This document shows positions 58,585-64,000 of a stretch of DNA of 64,000 nucleotides, one piece after another. The notes below the pieces were generated by a model. The model saw only the letters and a list, made by a program, of their open reading frames with translations. It did no database searches and had not been told where the DNA came from. Both the position numbers and the translations under genes were made by a program. The DNA is from a virus. Every line of letters starts with the position of its first letter. Within the stretch, counting starts at the first letter, position 1. Location: the IMG/VR virus record IMGVR_UViG_3300028534_000004, positions 1 to 64,000 of that record, one strand, 5' to 3'.

Positions 58585-60321
58585 TTATCTTCCTGATGTA
58601 GATTTAGTATGACCTTTACTATCGTAGAAATATACGTCAGATGCGTCAGAATTCATTCCTATACCGATATTATTAACAGTCATAGAAGGTAACAGATTCA
58701 TAAATAATCTGTTATATATATCTTGATTTATATCTTTACCAGCCTTTTGTCCAACTAAACTAGCTGACATAAAATCTTGACCTAAGTTAGTGTAGAAAGC
58801 GTCTCTGTCTTGTCTGTTTTCCAAATCAGCTCTTTCCTCAGCAGTCATTCTAACTTGGTCTTGATTCAACTGAATATTAGAACGTTGATTTTCTAATCCC
58901 ATTAATGTTTCTATTAGAGATTTACTTATATTCTCCCTAGCCTTTAAGTCCTGCATATGAGTAACAGTATCTAAAGCACGCTGAACATTTATTGTTCTGG
59001 CACTCATTCTATTTCTGTCATAAGCACCTGATGAACTTAAGTCAATATCTTTTGTATACTCTTTGGCAATTTGTTTAGCAATTGCTTGAGCTTGTCTATT
59101 TGTTTCCAATGAGTTATTCCCATATTGTTTAAAGAAGCTCGTATTTTCTCTGTCTCCCATTCTATTAGCTAAAGTAGTACTAGCAGGAGCTAATCCTCCA
59201 AATATAGTAGAACTCATACCTATTACGTTACCTATAGTACTAGTATACGCAGAATCTCTGTTGGAATCAATACCTGTTCCTGTTCCAGTTCCTGTACCAC
59301 TACTACTATTATCTGCATTATTACCGTTTAATAATGCATCTATGGAGGAACCATTATTATAGTTTCCTACTCTTCCTTGAATGTTATCAAGATTTTCTCC
59401 GGGTACATTTTGAGAATCTTCGTATACTCTACGTTCATCTTCGCTGTTAAGGTATTCTGCATAAGTTTTATGTACTTTACCAACATATTGGTCAGCTAAT
59501 TTCTCATGTAAATAAGTATTAGCTTCATCTGTAGAACTAAATGTATCTCCGTACTTTGAAGTATAAAACTTAACAAAATCGTTCCACTTATCGGGATTAT
59601 TTCTATAAACATTATCAGCATCTAATTCTAAAGCTGCTAAGTTATCAAGGTTCCAGTTTTTACCGTTATAATAATTAGCAGGCAATTTGATATTGTCTTC
59701 AAACTGCCAAGTTACATTAGAGAAGTCTCCGTTAGGAGGAATATCTGCACCATAAGCTAATTTAGGTTTAGTAGCGGTTTTTTTATTAACTGCTTGAGCA
59801 ACCATCTTCTGAAATGACATATCATAATATTCTTGTAAGGAAAAAACATCTTTGGTTCTGTCTAATGTGTTTTTAGCAATAGGGTCTGAAATATCCGAGT
59901 TAGCTTTCTTTTCTAATTTATTGAGTACTTTTTCGCGTTGCTCTTTTCTTTCAGCCATTGTTTTACCGTCAATTTCTATTCTATCGGAATATACTTTAGT
60001 ACCTCCTGGCAAATTAGCATCTACACCACCTTGTTCGTGTTTTTTACCTTTAACTTTAGTTATTCCGGTACCGTCATCTATAACTTCACCTCCTTCGACT
60101 TCTACAGGTATATCTCCTATGATACCTCCTCCTGCGAACAGTTTATCAATTAATTGTTCCCCTATAGATTTTTGTTCTTTATAAGGAGAAGCAAAAGGGT
60201 CAACATTAGGTAAACGTTTATTAGTATCACCTAATTGAGCTACGGAGTTAGAAAGCATTGTTTCTAATAAACCTAGTCCAAAAGAACCTCCGTATCCTAC
60301 AATATCGTTGTTTAAGTCCAT
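58585..60321 (-). CDS. virion-associated hypothetical protein (578 aa)
   Basis: Long ORF separated from its neighbours by 2-3 nt. Contains a short Gly-Thr repeat (SSGTGTGTGTGIDS). No catalytic motif recognised. Confidence 0.75.
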   Translation of the reverse strand: MDLNNDIVGYGGSFGLGLLETMLSNSVAQLGDTNKRLPNVDPFASPYKEQKSIGEQLIDKLFAGGGIIGDIPVEVEGGEVIDDGTGITKVKGKKHEQGGVDANLPGGTKVYSDRIEIDGKTMAERKEQREKVLNKLEKKANSDISDPIAKNTLDRTKDVFSLQEYYDMSFQKMVAQAVNKKTATKPKLAYGADIPPNGDFSNVTWQFEDNIKLPANYYNGKNWNLDNLAALELDADNVYRNNPDKWNDFVKFYTSKYGDTFSSTDEANTYLHEKLADQYVGKVHKTYAEYLNSEDERRVYEDSQNVPGENLDNIQGRVGNYNNGSSIDALLNGNNADNSSSGTGTGTGTGIDSNRDSAYTSTIGNVIGMSSTIFGGLAPASTTLANRMGDRENTSFFKQYGNNSLETNRQAQAIAKQIAKEYTKDIDLSSSGAYDRNRMSARTINVQRALDTVTHMQDLKARENISKSLIETLMGLENQRSNIQLNQDQVRMTAEERADLENRQDRDAFYTNLGQDFMSASLVGQKAGKDINQDIYNRLFMNLLPSMTVNNIGIGMNSDASDVYFYDSKGHTKSTSGR

Positions 60322-60324
60322 AAT

Positions 60325-63300
60325 TTAAGAATTTACAAAATTAGTAACTGTACTGATTCCTAATACTTTAAACCTAATATTAGAATCGTTGTTATTATAT
60401 ATTAGACGTATGCCTAAATAATTATCTTTAAAAGGTTCAAGATTATTCCAAGGTTTGTTTAAGTCTAAGCTTAAAGGATTAATAACCTTGTCGTTATACC
60501 AGTACCCTTGCAAATATAAGTATAATTTATCTTTTATAAAAATTGGCTCTGTATAATCGGTTCTGTAATCTCTTATATCGTTAACAGAAAACACACCATT
60601 GTTTTTATCTACTAATACTCTTGTATAATTGTTGCTTATTTGATTCAATAAATATGTTTCATTTTCTTCTTTAACTTCTAAAGATTTTAAGCCGGATATT
60701 TGTCTATCATTATAAAATAGTACGCTTGTAAAGAATACATTTCTTAGAGGATTAAAATCTTTGTTAGTAGAATTATATTCAGAAGCTTCTACTTTTACTC
60801 TTATGAACTCATTAAAAAATTGATTTAACAAATTTGTAGGAATTGCAAGGTCAATAACAAAATCTTCTGTATTATCATAATAACTACCATAAGAGGTAGT
60901 ATTCTCATGAGAATAAATTCTACTGGTATTAATATTATCTAAGGAACCATCTACTGATATTACTCCGTTATCTGTTCTACAATATCTACTTGGAAAATAA
61001 GAATGATTAGATACCCAAGCCATAACATTTAAAGAGAAAGATAATGTTTCGGCTAAGTTTACAGTTTGATTATCGTGTTCAAATCTATCTTGTTTAGTTA
61101 TTATAAAACGGTTATTTAGTTCATCGAATACACTAATAAAACCATTATACTCACTTAAATGTAATTGCTCCAAGTATTCATTTGTAGTAAGTGTAGTAAA
61201 ATCTTTAATTTTACCATATACTCCTTGACATAAGTCTTTTAATCCACTACTGCTTATTAAATATATCTTATGATTAATATCGTCGACAAATAAGATTGAA
61301 TTATTAGACTTAGTAACACTTCTGGAGAATCTGGTTCCTACTCCTCCTATAGAATCATCTATCAATCTTTGAGGACCTTGACCTAAGAATTCTCCTGTTC
61401 CTATAAAAGTAACAAAATCATCGTTAATCCTTTCTTGATAATTAGGAGGATATACGAATAACATTCTATCTGTAAAGACATATAGTTTCTCTCCTAATAT
61501 TTCTATAGCTGTTATATTACCATATTCCGATGTTAAGTCGCGATAGTTATTAGGTAAGAATGTTCTATAAGTATCAGCCTTATCTTCTGAAAAACTTCTT
61601 TCTGACCATAATATACGATTACTCCATTTCTCTAGACATTTAGAATTACAATCGTAAGTTTTGGGAATAGAGAAATATACCTTTTCTCTTGGTAAACGAG
61701 AATAATCTAAATTTGCTTTGAACACATCGGGAGTAGGAATAAATCTTAAAGATACTCCTATATCATCTTCTCTAGCATCGTCAGTAAATAAATATTTACT
61801 TTTATAAAACTCTTTTAAACTACTAATACCGTTACTATAATTGGCTCCCATAGCACCGTTAGTAGTTCTTAATCTTAAATCAGCATTGATTTCCGAATCA
61901 AGAATAATACCGGTAGCATACTCTCCCATACTATAAATAGTATCGTCTATTACATCTCCTGTTTCTCCTTTGAATTCCTCCGTGTCTAAAGCTTCTAATA
62001 GTTCTCCTTCAGTTAAATCCTTTATCACTTCACTCATTACTTGAGTACTTACGATACCAACGAAAGTTAACATTTCTGCTACTACAGCTATTGCAACAGG
62101 TAACGCTGCTCCTCCTGTTAATATAGTGGCTGCAATACCTAAACCTACAACTACCCACGCAGCAAGAATGTTACTTATAGTTTCTCCTAATCTTCTAGGT
62201 TTATCTGTTTTATAATAAGTACTTCCTTGTACATCAAAAACCGAATAAAAGACATCGCCCTCTTTTATTTCTACAGAAGTCGAGCTAAAATCTTTTACAT
62301 CAGTATGAGTATGGTAGTATTTAATGAAATCCAATTCATTATGAATATTGTTATTTTCATTAATCAAAGTAACAACATTTACTTCTGCCTTATTAGAAAT
62401 AGGAGTATTTACATAAGGCAATTCTATATCAGCATATACTACAACTGCCGGAGAATCTAATGTAGCATTGACCAAATCAACATCGGTTATAAATCCATAC
62501 ATTTTATTACATGCACTCAAATAAGTCTTTTTTAATACATTAGCAGAATAACCTTTAGTAGTCATATCTGTTGTACTTAAAAGATTATACGGAATAAAAT
62601 ATCTTAATTGAGCAGCTCGATATATTAATTTCCAATCCATTCCATCAGTATCTCCCGGTACTAATCCAAATAAATAACCTTTGGAAGAACTTCCCGGATA
62701 AGCATTTTCTTGTAGTAAAGTTTGAGTAAACACATCTCCTTTAAATACTCCTTCGTATTGAACCTTAGAAAATGAAATATCGTTATTATCATTCATTATT
62801 TTAGGACTCTTTAACCAAAAAGTATTACGTGTAGGTGTAGAATTTAAGTATTTGTGTTGCCATAAGTGATAAACTAATGCTTTACCGGAAGAACTATGGT
62901 AAGATAACTGATTTGCAATACCTCTGTCAACTACCCTCCTATTAACCGAATCTCTTTCAGCAACTACTATATAGAATCCAATTACATCATCTGAAGGTTT
63001 ATCTATATTACTAAATTTAGGATATACGATTGTTGCAATAGAGTTTTTAGATAATCCAAGATATTTTATTTCTGCGGATATATTTGTAGCATCTCCTTCT
63101 GTTCCGTCAGTCTTAACTAATTTTAATGCGTGAATTGTTACTGTATCAGCTTGAGGAATATCTAAACCTGTATAAGTATACCAAGTTAAACTTGTAGCAG
63201 TAATAGGTATTGCTTTATCTACATAAATGTCTTTGTTACCTATATGGTAATTAATAGTAACTTTTAAAGTATAAGTTGATGGCCAAGATTCTGGCGATGT

Positions 63301-64000
63301 CCAATTAATTTTAACTAATGTAACGGTTTCTTTATATTTATTATTTGTATAAGTAGGAATAAGGTACTTCTCAGGAAATTTATGATGACGAATATGTTTA
63401 CCTTCTAATGTATTTCCGTCAAAATCTACTCCCCAATAATTATTATCGGCACAGTCTCTAGGTTCATAAGTACCTTCTTCTACAACATAATAATCCATAT
63501 TAGAAGTAGTACAATCTGAACATCTACCGGGTATATGATACACAGGACTTTTAGTACCGTCTGCATATACATATACTATTCCAAAAGCATAAACTTCACC
63601 TGCTGCAAATCCCATTTTAGGAACAAAAACCGATTTAGAAGAATTTTCACTTTTAGTATTTTCTATATCTACTGCTTCCGTAACATAATCAACTTTTATT
63701 TTAGAAGCGTATTTTTGTAATGAGCACCAATCTTCTTGTTTACCTTCTCCGTTAGCTAATATTAATCTTGAATCTAGTTGTTTAATGAATTTTACTCTTT
63801 CTACATCCGGTTTATCTAAGAAAATTTCTTCTTTAGTTACTTTAGAATATCCATTCCATGTTCCGTCTATAATAACAACATCTTGATTTATACTGTGTGG
63901 AGGAGAAACTAGTACATCAGTTATCATTCCTGTAGCATTTATCGCTCTAATTACTGCTATTCTATAATAACTGAAATATTCGTTATCTTTATTATCAATG
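60325..64000 (-). CDS. large virion/tail-type protein, 5'-truncated by the window edge
   Basis: The track lists 60325..63927 from the first ATG, but the frame stays open from 63928 to 64000 (…IDNKDNEYFSYYRIAVIRAINATG-M…), so the true start is probably outside the window. Has an internal pair of hydrophobic helices (ILAAWVVVGLGIAATILTGGAALPVAIAVVAEMLTFVGIV). Confidence 0.75.
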   Translation of the reverse strand, partial: IDNKDNEYFSYYRIAVIRAINATGMITDVLVSPPHSINQDVVIIDGTWNGYSKVTKEEIFLDKPDVERVKFIKQLDSRLILANGEGKQEDWCSLQKYASKIKVDYVTEAVDIENTKSENSSKSVFVPKMGFAAGEVYAFGIVYVYADGTKSPVYHIPGRCSDCTTSNMDYYVVEEGTYEPRDCADNNYWGVDFDGNTLEGKHIRHHKFPEKYLIPTYTNNKYKETVTLVKINWTSPESWPSTYTLKVTINYHIGNKDIYVDKAIPITATSLTWYTYTGLDIPQADTVTIHALKLVKTDGTEGDATNISAEIKYLGLSKNSIATIVYPKFSNIDKPSDDVIGFYIVVAERDSVNRRVVDRGIANQLSYHSSSGKALVYHLWQHKYLNSTPTRNTFWLKSPKIMNDNNDISFSKVQYEGVFKGDVFTQTLLQENAYPGSSSKGYLFGLVPGDTDGMDWKLIYRAAQLRYFIPYNLLSTTDMTTKGYSANVLKKTYLSACNKMYGFITDVDLVNATLDSPAVVVYADIELPYVNTPISNKAEVNVVTLINENNNIHNELDFIKYYHTHTDVKDFSSTSVEIKEGDVFYSVFDVQGSTYYKTDKPRRLGETISNILAAWVVVGLGIAATILTGGAALPVAIAVVAEMLTFVGIVSTQVMSEVIKDLTEGELLEALDTEEFKGETGDVIDDTIYSMGEYATGIILDSEINADLRLRTTNGAMGANYSNGISSLKEFYKSKYLFTDDAREDDIGVSLRFIPTPDVFKANLDYSRLPREKVYFSIPKTYDCNSKCLEKWSNRILWSERSFSEDKADTYRTFLPNNYRDLTSEYGNITAIEILGEKLYVFTDRMLFVYPPNYQERINDDFVTFIGTGEFLGQGPQRLIDDSIGGVGTRFSRSVTKSNNSILFVDDINHKIYLISSSGLKDLCQGVYGKIKDFTTLTTNEYLEQLHLSEYNGFISVFDELNNRFIITKQDRFEHDNQTVNLAETLSFSLNVMAWVSNHSYFPSRYCRTDNGVISVDGSLDNINTSRIYSHENTTSYGSYYDNTEDFVIDLAIPTNLLNQFFNEFIRVKVEASEYNSTNKDFNPLRNVFFTSVLFYNDRQISGLKSLEVKEENETYLLNQISNNYTRVLVDKNNGVFSVNDIRDYRTDYTEPIFIKDKLYLYLQGYWYNDKVINPLSLDLNKPWNNLEPFKDNYLGIRLIYNNNDSNIRFKVLGISTVTNFVNS

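Noticed and set aside
59270-59300. Short Gly-Thr coding repeat (SSGTGTGTGTG) in the 578-aa protein as a tandem-repeat or contingency locus
   Set aside because: There are only about four imperfect 6-nt units with varied codons. This is a flexible linker rather than a slippage-prone repeat.
1-64000. Prophage boundary, integrase/transposase, or other mobile-element signatures
   Set aside because: No tyrosine/serine recombinase or DDE transposase motifs, att-like long direct repeats or host housekeeping genes were seen. The whole window reads as contiguous phage DNA.
34680-64000. Stop-codon reassignment (TAG or TGA recoding) in late genes, as occurs in some crAss-like phages
   Set aside because: The late-block ORFs, including the 13.5-kb one, are uninterrupted in the standard code. 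None of the tRNAs I could fold has a suppressor anticodon.

Overview
AT-rich, gene-dense bacteriophage DNA. Shine-Dalgarno sequences are essentially absent and there are at least two Bacteroidota-type TAnnTTTG promoter boxes, so the likely source is a large lytic phage of a Flavobacteriia/Bacteroidota host (inference). Layout: (i) 1-2226 is a short leftward operon with a DEDDh exonuclease and a wHTH regulator. (ii) 2369-7228 is a visibly less AT-rich rightward block of five short transcription units. Each starts with the same box (CCATAAGAACTAAT), and four of the five are followed directly by a hairpin/T-run terminator. The block is saturated with short perfect RNA-type hairpins inside and between ORFs, and includes ORF-free hairpin arrays and a CCA-ending tRNA-like element. 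(iii) 7229-16445 holds small hypothetical genes interspersed with 3 canonical tRNAs (Ile-GAT, Met-CAT, Leu-TAA), 3 aberrant tRNA-like genes, two families of covarying RNA elements and a lysis cassette. (iv) 16447-24654 is a replication module: family B DNA polymerase, SF2 helicase, DnaB-like helicase, Sak4-like ATPase, SSB, Toprim primase and UDG. (v) 24667-30604 is a ubiquitin-like (Ubl) / JAB / two-E1-like cassette with duplicated partner genes. (vi) 30601-34653 encodes nuclease and RNA-ligase genes. (vii) A convergent terminator sits near 34.66 kb, followed by leftward virion-type genes from 34680 to the window edge. These are dominated by two adjacent giant ORFs (about 2,620 and 4,491 codons) carrying NADAR, ART-like, 2H-like and HExxH signatures and a DFDVD RNAP-like motif. 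I saw no integrase, transposase, CRISPR array or rRNA. All domain calls are by-eye motif recognition; no searches or folding programs were run.
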